Origin: Podarcis bocagei
Taxonomy: Eukaryota
NCBI GenBank assembly: GCA_964188305.1
Contig: OZ076893.1
Direction: 5' to 3' (one strand)
DNA: 64,000 nt
The first letter of the stretch is position 1. Every line of letters starts with the position of its first letter. The position numbers were made by a program, and so were the translations under genes. Below the pieces are notes generated by a model that saw only the letters and a program-made list of their open reading frames with translations, was not told the origin of the DNA and did no database searches. Below are positions 10,801-25,800 of the stretch, one piece after another.

Positions 10801-13800
10801 AAAAGAATATTTGATATAAAAAATCCAACTTCTTAAAATACTTAGAACTACCTCACATAATGAAAACATATTCCAAGGGGGATTTTCCTCAGCCATATGT
10901 TTTGTTAAACTGGCCACTAATATTACAGAAGCATCCATCCATTTCCAATTAATAGCAAAAAGGGGTGAATGGTCTGAGTAACGGGGTAACTGCTGTTTAC
11001 CTGTCCTCCGCCTTCCTCTTTGCATAGGTCTATTGCAAATGCTAAGTCCATTGCTGCAAAAACTGCATCAGCATCTGTACTTTGGGAAGCGAGGATAAGT
11101 TGCCGCAAACTCTCATACATTACCGGATCGAAAAAAGCAAAATCATGCCAGTTAACCTGAAAATAAAATGCACATGTAAAACATCACTTTTAGTTTTCTC
11201 GTCAGCTCACAAAGACAGCTACTCTACTGAGCAGCTTTGCTGTTAAGAACTTCAAAAAGCTTTACAAATATTGTGGCCATACCAAGCAAGTTAGTCAGAA
11301 GAAGCGTTATGTCCAAATCTTCTGTTCTTTCATAAGGAAACAAATGTGCCTAGTTCAGACATAACATTCCTCCCTCCTTGCACACCTAACCTTGGCACTG
11401 CTTTCCTGACTTGCACTAAATTACAGTTACTACTTCTGTGCATGCCAGGAAACTTTTTTGAATACAAGCCACAATATCAGGATAAGCCTAGAGGGCACCA
11501 TAAGGGAGGGAGGGCACACTGCTTTCTCTCATGTTATGCCATGTCTGATCTGGGTCTATGTCTCCATTCAAACTTACGCCCATGGTTAAGAATGGTTAAC
11601 GATCTGAAACACCCTTTGAAATAGGCTTGCACGTCACAGTTTTTCCTGAGGGGCCCTGGAGGTGGCTACAAAGTACAATTTCCTAATGCTGAAAGAAGCC
11701 TGAACATGGAACTCTGGAGGGAGTTCCCATTTTCTGGTGGAAAAAGTACACAGAAGAGGGAGGAAGAATCACTGCTTTAAATGGAAGGTTGAGTGACATA
11801 GCGGCAATATCCAATTAACCAAGCTCTACATTTTAAACCAAGCACCGCAATTTTAATCAAATAACACTGCAGCCCTATAATTAACTATTCTTACGATTTA
11901 CATGCAAATTTACCTTTCTGCCAAGAAGAACTTTTATTACATGTCGATTTAACGTGATGGGGCAAAGTTCATTCTGTAGCAAGCATAAACCTAGAATTCT
12001 GAAGAAAAAAAACGTATCAGAACAAGAAGTTTTGTTTTTTTAAAAAAGAAAAAGTGATGAAGAAACCAAGTCAAAAGAAGACCATCCAAGCAAATGAGAT
12101 CAATTACCGTATTTCTCCGTGTATAAGACTAGGTTTTTAAACCAAAAAATTTAAAATTGGGGCTCGTCTTATACACGGAAAAATACGGTATGTTTTCAAA
12201 GTCTAGTTGAAATCATTGTAAACCTGGTGCTGAATTGCAAAATCTTACGTCTTTTCATGACCGTTACTTTTATACTTTTTTTCACACAAAGCAATGCACA
12301 CAAATCTAGAGAATATTTTACCTGCCAATATTTCTGAAACAATTTAGTCTGGCTTCTGTATTTTTGCCAGGCCTCGGTGTATAAAAGCCACGCTTTCCAG
12401 GTTGATAGAACAGCGGTGCATTGTCATCGCCATCATCTGTATCATCTAATTCCATGTCTACCACACTGCGACTGGAACCATGACGTTTTCTGTTTTCCTT
12501 TTTTTAAAAAAAGAGAAGTAAAAAAGGGGTGTTTTTTTCTGCACACTAACGAAGACTGAAATATTCTTCACTGTTACAAGTTGTCTATCAAAACCACATC
12601 CAAGTAAAAAAAGGGAATTAAACAAATGGTAAAGTTAATGGAATTGCACACTTAGTTAAAGGGAAAAGTTTAAATAAAATTTAGTTTCATCACCACAGTA
12701 CTAGACTGAAGGAATCTTTCCCTCTTGCAAACAGTCCAACATATTCCATGCACATAACAGTAAACTAATAAAGGCACTGTTAAAACATTTGTCTTACTTG
12801 TACTTTATCAGAAGAATCCAACAAGCCAAGGTCTAGGATACTGTCAGCTCCGTTTTCCCTTTTGAACAGAATGAAAGAAAAATATTTAACCAGAGTCAAT
12901 GTCATGCTTTAAAATTCAATTTAAATGTTACTGTAATATAGTAAAATAAATCACTCTTTTTTCCCCTTCAAGAAATATGAAAAGCGGGCACAGATGGATT
13001 TTACTAGCTGCTAAATGATCTGTCTTCCTTTCTCAATATTCTGAATACCCAACGCATAGTTTTCCAGTGGGAAAACAAAGAAAAACAAGTACAAAACCAC
13101 AGGAATTGTGTAGAGGAGCTACAATGCACAAAAGATCTAATTCAATTTTTCCCCTGTGACAGCTCAAAGCCAGGCGCAATCTGAAAAAGTTTTCCCTTAA
13201 GGATTTATCCCTAACGTTAGTTTACCTTCCATGTGCAATAATGAGTTCCATAGCTTCATCCACTCTCGCTCGAAGAGAATCTTCACTGGCAAGCAACAGA
13301 AGCAGCTGAGCAGGAGACAATTCCAACAGCATGCCAGTGATCTTGCTTGCGAATGCCTGGGAACGAGAAATTAATATCTTATATTCCATTTTCCCCTAGT
13401 CTTCTCCAGCTGCCCTGGATTCAGCCCCCTGCTGCAACTGGTGCTTGTGGGCTTTTGCATTTATTTAAAGGGAGGCGGAAGCTCTGGGTATGGATCCAGT
13501 TACATATTTAGCTGCTGCTCCACTAGAATCCATCTTGAAGCCCTATGCCTAGGGGAGTACAGGATCCTTAACGGGGCCCTACAACTACAAAGAATTGCAG
13601 GTCTAGGGCAAAACTCTTTGTATTCTTCAGCTTATTCACTATTCCCCAACATGTCAAGGATATGTAGACACACCCAATTTTTAAGAGGAATACAGTACAT
13701 ATTAAGAAACAAGAATGATTTTCGCCACAGTAGACAGAAGAGAACATTAGCCTTACAGGTTGCATTGCTTGTACACGGGGATAAAGTCTTTCACCCAGGG

Positions 13801-16800
13801 CCTGCCGATGTGCTGGAAGAGGATCAGGGTCATCACTCGGATTCCCTTCTGAAGCGGGTCTAAAAGGTCTGGTATCAATGGAGAGCTGCCTTCTAAAGTC
13901 CCTTAAAAACAACAGCAATTCATCAGAAATTGTCTTTGCTCTCCGAAAGGTCCACATCAAATGCACTAGAGAGTACGCTCCTGCTGCGCTAAACCCATCC
14001 TTCCCCACATTTTGTTATGTGTCCCAGTAAAGTGGCAGGTGCTTCCTAGTTAATTCTTTTGCTCACTTTTGAGTCCCTGTTTCTGAGGAGCAGCTAATTT
14101 AGAGATTTATTTTCTGCCTTTCTACGAAATTCCTGGTGAGAACGAGCAGTTTATTATTCCAAATTGTCTCCTGATTTGAAGTTAACTTCAAAAGAAAGCT
14201 ACTTACCTATCCCTGTCCCTCCGAGATCCAGTTCGCAAGCCGCTGCTGTTCCTCCTCATTTCTCTTTCACGCTCCCTTTCCCGATCCCTCTCCCCTCGGT
14301 TTCGTAATCTCTGCATGAGACCTTAAAGGGGCAAGACATACTTATGGTTTGTAAACAACGCTCACTTTTGCAACAATGCTCACTTACAAATACTATGAAA
14401 GATCATGAAGCTGTGGAAACCAAGGCTGAGGGAGAAGAACACAAAATTTAGCTTGGAATCACAATTCCAAATTAAGATTTAAAGACATAAATAAATCAGG
14501 CTAGTTCATCAAGTTCTTTTCTACCACCACACAATACTGGAAGTTTACCATAAAATATTTGAAGAAAACAAGGTTAAAATGTAACCCTTCACTGGCTGAA
14601 GCCTCAAAAACCAAGCCAAATGCATGTAACTAAAATAAAATCCATTTGCTTTCCCCTGTTTAGTCCTGCCTGTTCCTTTTCCTTTCTTCAGTTGACTCCC
14701 CTTTGATGAAGTTTAGCATATAGACTCAAGGCAGGAATCTGTTGTCTTGTATTCTATGGAAATAATACAGAACCAAAGAAGAATTCTGGCAGTCTGACAA
14801 TTCTTCCTGTTCCCACCCACGCACCCAACGTTCTGCAGGCATCTTTATTTCATGCTAAAATGTTCTACACTATGTTTAAAAGAAGGACTGATGGAGAATA
14901 CAGATTTTCCCCCATCAGAATTGTGTGTATTGTGACCACCTTAAGTGCACAGATTTGTGTTGAGTGCAAAATTCAGCATCTTCAGTTTTACTGTTAAATA
15001 AGCAGATGTGCCCCTCATGATGATTTGAAAGCCTGAGGATAATGCAGATCCCTGCATAATTTCTTGCCCCTCATCCTGCTTCACTGTTCCAAGTCTTCAA
15101 TGTTATACATAACACATTTATTACAATATACTTACTTGTATGCGTCCCTTTGTTGGCATTCTGAATACAGTCCAGATTTGGCAGCTTCTCGTTTGACAAA
15201 AAAGCTTGTGCAATGGCAGTGTAAAAGCTTCTTGCTACACCACTGCCTTCTCCTGGCTCATCCTTAAACGTGACCTTTACCCTGTGGACAGCCATTGGAG
15301 TTGTAGCACATCGGCGACCAAAATGATTGTTGAGCTGCCTCATCGTCTGCTGAATTAGAAGATCTCTATCCCGATCAACCTAGAAAACACATTAGGAGAA
15401 CACAGTGAAGAACAGACAAGCTAAAGAATGAAAATATGATATACAGCCACACTAGCACCCAAAAACATCCTTCAGCTGCAGCATACACAGTGATGGGATG
15501 GCTGGGCCACCATTTTACATCCTAATTTACTGAGGTAAGTAATTGCAAGAGCAACAGGATATCCACAACTGTTCATCTTTTAAATCTAGCTAAACTCAAA
15601 AGGATAGCACTAAAACTTCTTACCTCTAGTGTTAAATCTCTAGATTGTTGGTTTCTCAGTTTTTCCATTTCTCGGCGGAATTTAGATTCTTTTACTTCAA
15701 AACCACCTAATTCAGTCAAAATCTACAAAGAGAAACAATATATTAGTAAAAGGAAAGGCCTACAAAACCATCTAGCAGTCTTCATTCAAGAAGATACATA
15801 CCGATCCTGGTTCCGCTCCTACATCTTCCATGAACACTCTTCCAAATAACTCTAGGGAAAGCCGCCAACGTCCAAGCAGCATATCATGAGAAATAACCAT
15901 CCCCATAAAACTGCACTGTGGCCTGGCAGACAAAAATTAAAAAAGAACCAGGAGAACAGAGATTACTTTTATATACTAAGCAAGTTAAAATTAGGATTAT
16001 GTTGTGTTCAGTTGCTGCCAAACAACTCAAAGTTTCTAGCGGGAAGAGTCAAGTGACAATCTCTCTGCAGTTTCCATCAAGGATTATCTTGATCACAAGC
16101 ATATTAATTAAATAGCAAGGTAATGTACAAAGAAAAGTGGCACTTGCGAAACCAATGCAAATACCAAAAAGCAATGGTCAATGATAAAATCGAATAAGAA
16201 CCAATATGGAAACCCTGTGTTCACAACACAGCCATTTCCTCTCTCTTTTTCCTGCTGCTGTTGCCTATCCCAAGCAGTCATTTGTGGCAACACTCCTGGC
16301 TATGCAGTATTGAGCACAAAGGAGTAAAAGTAAAGGTGTTGTTTCGTAAGTAATGGTACCTGAAGGATGTCAGAGGTGGACCTTCACTTTCGGTCAGTCC
16401 AATCTCTGCCAGTAAACTGCTTTTCAGCTGTGCTGCAAGATCATGAGCCGAAGGGCCTGGCTTAGAACTCTCCGATTCTTCAGATGGCACATTTTGTTCT
16501 TCTTCCTTCTTCTGCCGATTCTGCATGCTCATAACATTTTTTAAATTTGCTGCGTAAGACATTTTGGTTGGAAGAACCTAAACGAAAGGGCAATGAAACT
16601 GGTTTGTCAAACACTGCAGGGTATTTTCATGCTCTAGACTCATCTGCAATACTATTTTGGTACAGTCTGCATATCATCATTAACCATCGTCAACTTTATC
16701 ATGAAAGAGCTGATCTTGGCTTCTTCGCTCTGCCCCAACAACAAGCAGGAGAAACAAACCTGGCATTATGTCCCAACCAGGGACTCTGGTTTGTTTCACT

Positions 16801-19800
16801 CAACCAAATGCAATCTGTAAATCAAGACCAAACTTTGCCTACAGATCATGGTTTGTTTGGAGCAAAACAAACCCCCATCACTGGTTCAGACATAATGCTA
16901 CAGCCCAGCTTAACGCATCCATAGTGAATCATTAACTCTTGTCATCATGACATGCAAACAAGGTCACTATAGTGCAAGAACCTAAAGTCTAATACTAGCT
17001 GAGCCAGAGAGTCTGGATTAACTTGACTGGTCCTATAGAAATCAGTGGGATCAAAGTTCATTTTTATTCATGGATCTCTCCACTGAAACAAAGCAAGCCC
17101 TAAAAATGTCCAAGCTGATAATATATTATACATAGTATTATAGATTGAGATGAGGAGCTCTCTAAAATAGCAATGTGGAATTTTCAGATCTAATATTCTA
17201 TGGGAGCAGGCCTTTTCTCTTCCAAATTTAACTTTGCATACACACAAATAGCTATGAACATTTGGAAATATCCATTGTGGATCTAACAAGCCTTTTTTTG
17301 AAACATCTTCTATGCATTCCCCACTTGAGGAAAGAGTTAATAGCTATCTGACTGCTCACTAGAGGAGCAGACAACAATTGCATTTGGGTAAAGCCTGTCT
17401 TCCAGCCACTGCAATTGCATTTCCAGAGTCTGAAATGAATACTATGGTAATCTTGTGGTTCTTTAAGGCAAGGTAAAGTCCTTAGAAGGCCTGGAAGGGA
17501 ATTGAGAGTAGTGGATAAAGAAATATGGATATATAAATATATAGACTTGCTCTCATTTTTTTAGCAAAATAAGAGTGAAAAGAGAAAGTGGAGGAACGGA
17601 GAGGGAAGGAAGCAATGTTATGAATTTGTAACATGTATCACAATAAATTCATACCTCAAGACAGTTTCTATCCACAGTCACTTCCATTAAACACTTTCCA
17701 CTATTGGCAGAGGATGAATATAGACCCTGACTTGGCCGACCAAACAAATCTTCTTTTCTAGCATTTGGCTGAAAAAAACCCAGAGGTAATTTACATGTGA
17801 GCCAACACTGATGCAGATGCAACTTTCCTGATCACAACGTAAGCAGCTGATCCATGCATCTCTTCTCTACAGTGAGAATTTATTTTTCTTCCTCATATGC
17901 CACCATGCTTTGAGGAAGAGTAACATGCCAAAAAACTACTCGCTGTATCAATTCCTGTCCTGCATCTGAGCAAATTAGCTACCCAGACCCAGGAACGGCA
18001 CTCCAAATGACTATTACAGGGTTTAACCTTAAGGAATATTTTGCTTCACCAACATTAGAACAAGACTGATTAAGGAACTTGGATAGTTAGCTTGTTTTGT
18101 AATGGGTGCGGGGGAACTAAGCTAACCAAAAAAAGCTGTTGTTTGGAAAGACGGAAATTGGAATAGTGTACTGCATCTTAACAAAAACAATACTGACATA
18201 TTGGACGATAAGGGACTGAACTTCCTACTGCATGTATTAGCAGAAGTTGTGGCTGATTTACAATCTGCTCACAGTTGTTTAACAATGGCTAAGGTGTCTG
18301 GAGTATTAAATTATGTGTACAGCTTAGGAATTAAGCAATTTATGCTTTCTCAGTTAATATTACCTGTAACAGATGTGGCTGGTCTGCTAGTGGAATGGCC
18401 TCTGCTAGAGGAACTTCAAAAGGATTGGGCGGAATACAGCCAAGGAATGTCATGGAATCTGATCGCCGGAAGAATGGATGATTTTGGCCTGTTTCAGCTG
18501 GAAGGGAGTCGTCATCTTTGTCATTAAGTGTAGCACCTGAAAAGTGTCCAGTTAAAACAAATCATTACAATATAACAGTGATTATCTGATACAGATTTGC
18601 TCTGTTACTTTATGCTGATAACACTTCTCCAGTTTTTAAGGACAAAATATCAGTAGTTATTCCACTTTTGTCTGCTTCTTGATTACTAGCTTATATTTTT
18701 TCCAAATTATTAAAAATAGTAATTGTGATTTATTATTTATATGCTGCCCATCTGAATGGATTGACCCAGACACTCTGGGCAGCTTCCAACAAATTAACAC
18801 CCATAATACTTTTGCAGGTTTAAAATGCTATATAAAAACAAGGAACAGCATTCAACTACCCTTCCCTTTTAAAATATTACTATGACTCCCTGTCTATTTT
18901 TTAAATCTCCCCTCTTTTCTACCATTTACTTCTCTTCTTTGTCATTTATCTTTCTATCTTCCTCCAATCTTGTTGCTTTTCCCTTTCACTTCCATTCCTC
19001 CCAAAGGAAACTTTGGCATCATAACAGTGATTGCAGCCAGTTCCTTTATTCTTTTCAAATACTTCAAAGCTGAACTTGTCAGATTACTCATTGGATTTCT
19101 ATTCAGACTGCAGTTCTGCAGACAATTTGTCTTCTTCTTTCAGTCTCTCACTCTCTCTCTGTCTCTCTCTCAGGTGCCCGCATCCAACAACACAATCACT
19201 TTTTTGCAACTAAGCTACTGGAATTTTCCACCCTACTTTCAGGGGAGAAGCAAAAAGTAGAGAAAGGTGGCAATACAGGTTCCTAGTACCCACATAAACC
19301 TGTTCTGGCTAGACTGAAAAATTGAGTAAATTGAGTTTCTAAAGCCTTCTAAATTCAGCCCACTAGAAATTCCATTTTCCAGCATCTACAAAGGAAGTGC
19401 AGTCCATGTGAATGCCTACATCTTAAAATGGTATTGCTACTGCCACAAGCCCTTATTTCCTAGCTTCGCAAAGTTAAATCTGGGAAAGGAGAGCATAGGA
19501 ACAAGCAGAGGGACAGTGGGGAGCTCATCCAGGTGTCCTAACGTTAGGACTTTTTTGGAAGATTCTCTTAAAAACCACACTAGGAATACAAAATGAATTG
19601 GTGCAGGTGAACCCATCACTACCATAAACTCCAGAAGCTGACTAGGTAAGTTATTCAGTGGCAGAAGAGACACTATGAACATTTTCAAAGGCACTGAACC
19701 CTGGCACTGAAATAGGTCCTACAGCTGACCCCTGAAAAAAACAGCTAGGACTTCATTTTTATCAATTTTATTGTGCTTGAATAATTACTGATGTCCGTGA

Positions 19801-22800
19801 ATCATTTAAACCCAAGATCCAGAGATATGATCAAGTCTCTATCCAGCTCCCCACAACCCCAAACTGTACAAGTACTAACTTTGATTTGTGTCATCATCAT
19901 TTTCATGCTCTGAATCTTCATTGTCAAGACCAAGTTCCAAAAGTTCCCGGGTCCTTTAAAAAAAAGTGAATGACAGGTTATTTTAGATGGCACGTGGTAC
20001 TAAAATTTACTAGTGCTACACAAGAAAAATTATTAAAAAATATTATATCAGCTATACAGTCCTACAGCTATACCATACACATGCAGGTCCCGCTTTCCTT
20101 AGAAATGGTTCATTAAGTGAGTGAGTGCATAAAAAGCTTATGATTTCCATTGATTCCTATGGAGGAAATCCCAATGCGTTCCCATGGCTTGCCGGCCTAC
20201 TGCTTGCCCCTCCATCCTGAATTACTTCCTGTAAAGCTGCCATTTTCACCAAGATCAGAGTTCTTTGTTGTTGTTTAGTCGTGTCCGACTCTTTGTGACC
20301 CCATGGACCAGAGCACGCCAGGCACTCCTGTCTTCCACTGCCTCCCGCAGTGTTCTTACTGTGCTCCTATTTCCTCAGTCACAGCTTCATTTGATAGGGG
20401 TCGTCCACGTCCAGCTGCTGACCGGAGCTGCAGCCAGAGGAGCCGTCCCACCCCACTCCACCCCATGAAGCTGTGACTAAGGAAAGGAGTCCAATAAGGA
20501 GCTTGAGCTAAGTAAAAATGGCAGGTTTAAAAGAGGCAATTCTCAGATATTTGTATACACAGAGGTTCCGCTGCTTGGGTATCTGATTCAGATGTTCAGG
20601 TAATGAGGTTAGGGTACAAATTCTTAATGTCTGGATAAATGAAATTTTGTATAATAAGTATTTAAGACCTACATGTATAGTGTACTCATATTTTTATAAT
20701 GTAATGTTCTAACTATAAATGCAAGTGAAGGCTTAGTGCCAAACATATTTATTTGTATCATTGTGTGTAACACCTTTCAACAAATTGAAAAGGGTAGTTT
20801 AAATCCAAAAAGCTGAATATATTTAAATCCTTCCACTATTTTAAAAACAAATTGAAGCACCGAAGCAACAACATTCATTTCCTAAGAAAAGGATAACTGG
20901 GAGAATAGTGTGTTTATGTTTATGATTATGATGAATGCTTCACTTGCCTTTCAAAAAATACTTTGAAAGACAAAAGAGAAATAATAGGATTGGTATGTGG
21001 GTCCTTGTAAATTGGCTTCTATGAAATTATTATGTTTCTCGGTACATTGTTAAATTGTTGTTTCCTGTTGAAAGAGCTTGAGTGCCTGAACTTTGGTTTC
21101 GTCAAAGAGCTATGAATATATCCTGGGAGAGGAATGGAGGCATGTGACCATCAATACTATTGCTCTGACCAATGTATCATTCCAGACCACCTTTCTGGTT
21201 TGGTACTGGGGGTCCATAACGTTCCCTCCTTCATTTTGCAGATGCCAAAACTGAAAATGTTCATATTTCTAGTGAATTCTCATAACCAGACCAATATTTC
21301 AGCAATAGCTAAATTCCAGGTAACACAATACTTGATTACCAGAACTGCATCATCTTCAGCTATACATATATACTAATCTATTGCATATGCTACATATATA
21401 ACCACAAGACACATGCATTAGTGTTATGAATCAAAGGGGACACCAATGCCCATGTCTAGCTATATTTCCATTGAGTAATTGGCTTCCGTACCTCTTCCGT
21501 TCCAGCTGAGGTGTATCCAAGGTAGTCTGCTGGTTCATTGCTTTAATCCAATAAATGAGAGCTTGAAAAACATATGCTACATGTTTCAATGAGCAGACAT
21601 CCAAAACTGGAAGAACATCAGAATGCTCATCGTTGTGAGAACGCATCAAGGAGAGGGCGTAATTTAAGAAGTCCCCCCTTGCCGACATCATCCCCTGACG
21701 AGCACTAAGCAGTGTAGCACGCCTGTAATGATTAAAAAAAAAAATTGTTTTGGGCCACAGAAGTGCATAGTTTAAACTGGGGTAAGCCTCCAGCCCTGGG
21801 CTGCTTTATTTGGCAATGCTAAGAGGAATACTTGCATTTTAGACCAGGGGTGGCTAATCTTTTGGTCAGCCAGCCCTCCAAGGGCTACATTTCAGTGTGG
21901 ACAACTGCACTGAATTTTTGGCTTGTGGTTACTTAGAGGGGGAAACTAAAATACAACTATTAAGGTACATTTGCATACCTTCTGCCCTCCAAAGTTCTTA
22001 AGCTAGCTTCTTCTCGTGCTGTCATCCTCTCCCTCCTGGTTGAGTTCTGTGATGCATGAAGTGGGTGGTTTGGGTGCCCTGGGTCTCCAGCAGAGGCAAG
22101 GGCAGAACCATAGCGCAACTGAGCTTCTGTGGAGTCCATAATGCTCACCATCCAATTCCACGTGGGTATCAGTTTTTCCTCAACGTAGTTCTAAATCAAA
22201 TGTGATCAACATTTTGTATACATACGCACAAACATAAAAAATTCAGACAATTTCTGAACCATACCCCATTGAACCAATTACACAATGTATCCACTTTGTT
22301 CGTCGATTCCCCTAAATTTCAGATTGAACTGTTACCTTTACCTAGTTCCCAATCCACCAGTTTTAGGGTCCGGAGGAGGGGAGAAATTTCCCTTCCTAGT
22401 GGCCAATATAGGGGGCAGAAGAATGATAATAAGCATGAAACAGTAGTTATTTACTGTTACTATACCAAGGAATTTAAAGGTGTAAGCCAGATTTTGCATT
22501 AAAGTCACTCCAGTTTAAACATGAAAATTGGCATATCTTTGTTGCACTTTACCTGCAAATTCACTGCATCCTGGTATGTCAGCTTCACGGCAGCTGGGAT
22601 CTGAGAGTACACCAGGTGATTGTATTTGGGAATGAGGCCCATCAGATCAGATATTTGTCGGATCACAATGCTATATGCCCTCGCCAAACTGCTTGCCGAT
22701 GTTAAATAGCTGCTAGCATTGCTAGCCTCAAGAGCCGCTGCTGCTGCCGCCGCACTTGTGCTGATGGTGCCACTTCGACGCAGGTTTGATGGATCAATAT

Positions 22801-25800
22801 AAATCAAGCCTGCTGAACTTGCTAAAAGTAGAAAGAAACACATTCAGGGGGCGTCAACAGCTAAACAGAAGTGAGCTCCAGTATTAGCACAAAGCAGATT
22901 ATCAATATTTGATCCTATCCAGTCCATAAATGATTCTTAAAATAACAAAGCACTTCACATAAATTACTTGTACCCCTTCTGATCAAGAAAAAACAAAATC
23001 AAAAATCAGTTCACTGGGTAGGAAATCAGAAAAAAGTAAGGCCCAGTGGAGTAAAAAAAAATAATAATTATAATTTTTATAATACCTGCTGGAGCAGAGG
23101 TACTAGATGGAGCAGTGCTGGTAGTCCTCTGATTCTGGGTGTTACGTACAGCCCACTGCATTGAGCGGGGTGCCTGGGCGGCACCATTGGCATGAGAGCT
23201 GTTTGTTGTTCGCTCCAGAGGCTCGTCTAGCATAAAGGTCTCTTGCTCTATATCATCACTCTGGCTGCTGCTGCTATCTGAATCACTGGTGTCATTGGAC
23301 TGAGAGTCATCCTCAGAAAAAAATGCTGGAACACTGCTGGCACCTGTGGGGAAAGATATACTATAAGGGTCACTGATAAGAGAGCAGGGTAAGCTTTATT
23401 TATTAGGCCAGAAATCCAAAGTATACTGTGGCACTCAGCTCCTACAAAGTAAGAAAAACTTTTTAAGAAGCACACAAATACTTTCCTACCTCACATTTTT
23501 TCAACGTGTTTTTAGAAGACAGAGCTGCAGATGCAACCCCACCTTTACACATCCCTCAGGCTGCAAGCATAACAACATTATTAACCTGACAGTTGCTGCT
23601 TGATTTTATTTTGTTTTAAATTGTTTTTGTTGCTGTAACCCACCCTAGGACCTTATGGTGAAGAGTTCTATTAACAACAATGAACAACAACAATAATAGT
23701 TAAACATTTCTGATTTTCTCCTACAAAACAGTCAAGGTAACTTAAAAAATAAGCAACTTGTAGACTTCAAGGTTTGCCCATCAACCTCTCTCAGACTAGG
23801 GGACATATTTAAATTCTTTTAATAATGTACAGCAATATATTGTCGTCGTCGTCCCCCCCAAAAAAAAAATACATAAAAATGAAGGCTGATAAAAAGAATA
23901 TTACCTGCTTCTGATCCTGCTGTAGCTGCAGTGACAACACTTCTGCGGCCACTGGCATTGTCCTGGTTGCTATGGTTACTCTCACTATCACTCTCCGTTT
24001 CTGCTGCTGCTAGAAGATCCAACTCCATATCACTTCCTAATAACAAATTTATAGAATTATGTTAACACAGTGGTCTGCATGATACAATATTTCAGATTCT
24101 TCACAAAGCTATCTTTCATTTTAAGCTCTCCCGCTGCTCAACTGTTGAGAAGATTAAGGCACTCCAGTAGGACATTAACTACTGCTTAACTCAACCGCAG
24201 AAAGCCATATATTTATCTCACAAGCTTGCCGTTTTTGATACCAATATTACTAATGCACAATTACCAACATGTATAGCAATACAAGTTAGAATGAAATAGG
24301 GGGTTGCAGTAGCTTTCTGTTTCGTTTCTAATCAACCCAAAGAAGGTACACTTTACAGTCCCTTGTGTATGGTAAAACCTACGGGTTGCATCCAAACTAA
24401 GATAGCCACACTTAGGTTCCATTGAAATAAATGTAGAATGTCAGCCATCACTACCTTCAATGGGACCAAAGTGAGAGGAAATAGGACTCACTGAGGTACA
24501 GAGGACTTATTCTGGATCCAACCCTGTGCATGTCTTAAAATTACTAATAAACATGTCCAGGTATCATACCATCTTCATCATGCTCATCATGCTGCCCTTC
24601 TGCCTCAGCATTTTCCTCGCCATGTTCTTCTTGCTCATCATGGTGGTCTTCTTCCCCAGCTACCCCCTCTACCACCTCAACCTGAAACAAGAAGATTTTT
24701 TTTTTTTTTTACACCATGTAAATGCTTACGATCTTCAAGGATGTTTTGTAAATACAGCTCTCAAAGCTATGGCTGTTTTAGACATTTTCTATATTGTTCA
24801 ATACCTTATTTTGCGCTCCATTCCTAGTTTTGGGCCTGCGCTGTAACATTTTGCTACCTTAGGCAAATAACAAAATGGCATCTCGCACCCCTAACTCCAC
24901 CTACAGAAGTATGGCGTACTGATAGTTGAATCTTATTCTAAGACTGGTAATGGGACATCTGCCTTCTGTAGAATGTCAAAAGTAAGTGATGCTCTACTAT
25001 TTTTCAAATATGTGCATTTTTTGTTGCGATGAATATAAAGTGAACACATTGAAAAGTGATGCTGAGTTCATAATAGCTTTTTGTTATTATGTATTTTCTA
25101 AATTAAAGAGAACTTTGAGGTTAAAAAGTGGTGCTCATACTCATAAAAGTTGGGAAAAGAGGGCATCAAATTGGCTACTCCCAGCTCAGACAATAGACAA
25201 AGCCATTCTCTAAGGTACCACAGGACTTTCTGCTGCTAGAGGCTAACATGGATTCATTTCTGGTAGTGTGTAACACCAAGGTTGTACACTCATTTACATC
25301 CCAAATTGCAGTATAGCTGAAACTTCACAAGCCAACTTATTATTTTGCATTCTAGTACTAGATTCATTTAACATTTGCACTGATATCTACTTTAAAATAA
25401 ATAGAAGGTTGCCCATTGAAAACAATTAAGACAACAACCTCTTCAACATCTGCTGACACAATGTCATCTTGTTCTTCATCTCTGCCACGAACTGGTTGAG
25501 ACTGACTGATCCGCCTTTGCTGTGGATTTCTAATAATATAGGACGACTGAGACTGACTGGAACTACAAGAAAGAAAGAAGCCTTTTTTAAAAATACAATT
25601 ATATATATTTACACAGCATCATCACATATGATTTTCTTCTCTTCACACAACAGTATCAACTTTAATACAGCAGACAAAAGAACCTCCATAAGTATATTAA
25701 CATTAGTTTAAAATAGTCAGTTGAATATAATAGATTTCCCTTCTTGTTTTTGATAGCTTCTTCATTTAAGTTATTTTGAGCTACCAGCCCAGTCCACTTC

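Noticed and set aside
19120-19215. Polypyrimidine tract plus CAG on the plus strand; possible extra exon on the minus strand
   Set aside because: (CT)n microsatellite; minus-strand frames hit stops and exons 42-43 join without missing residues
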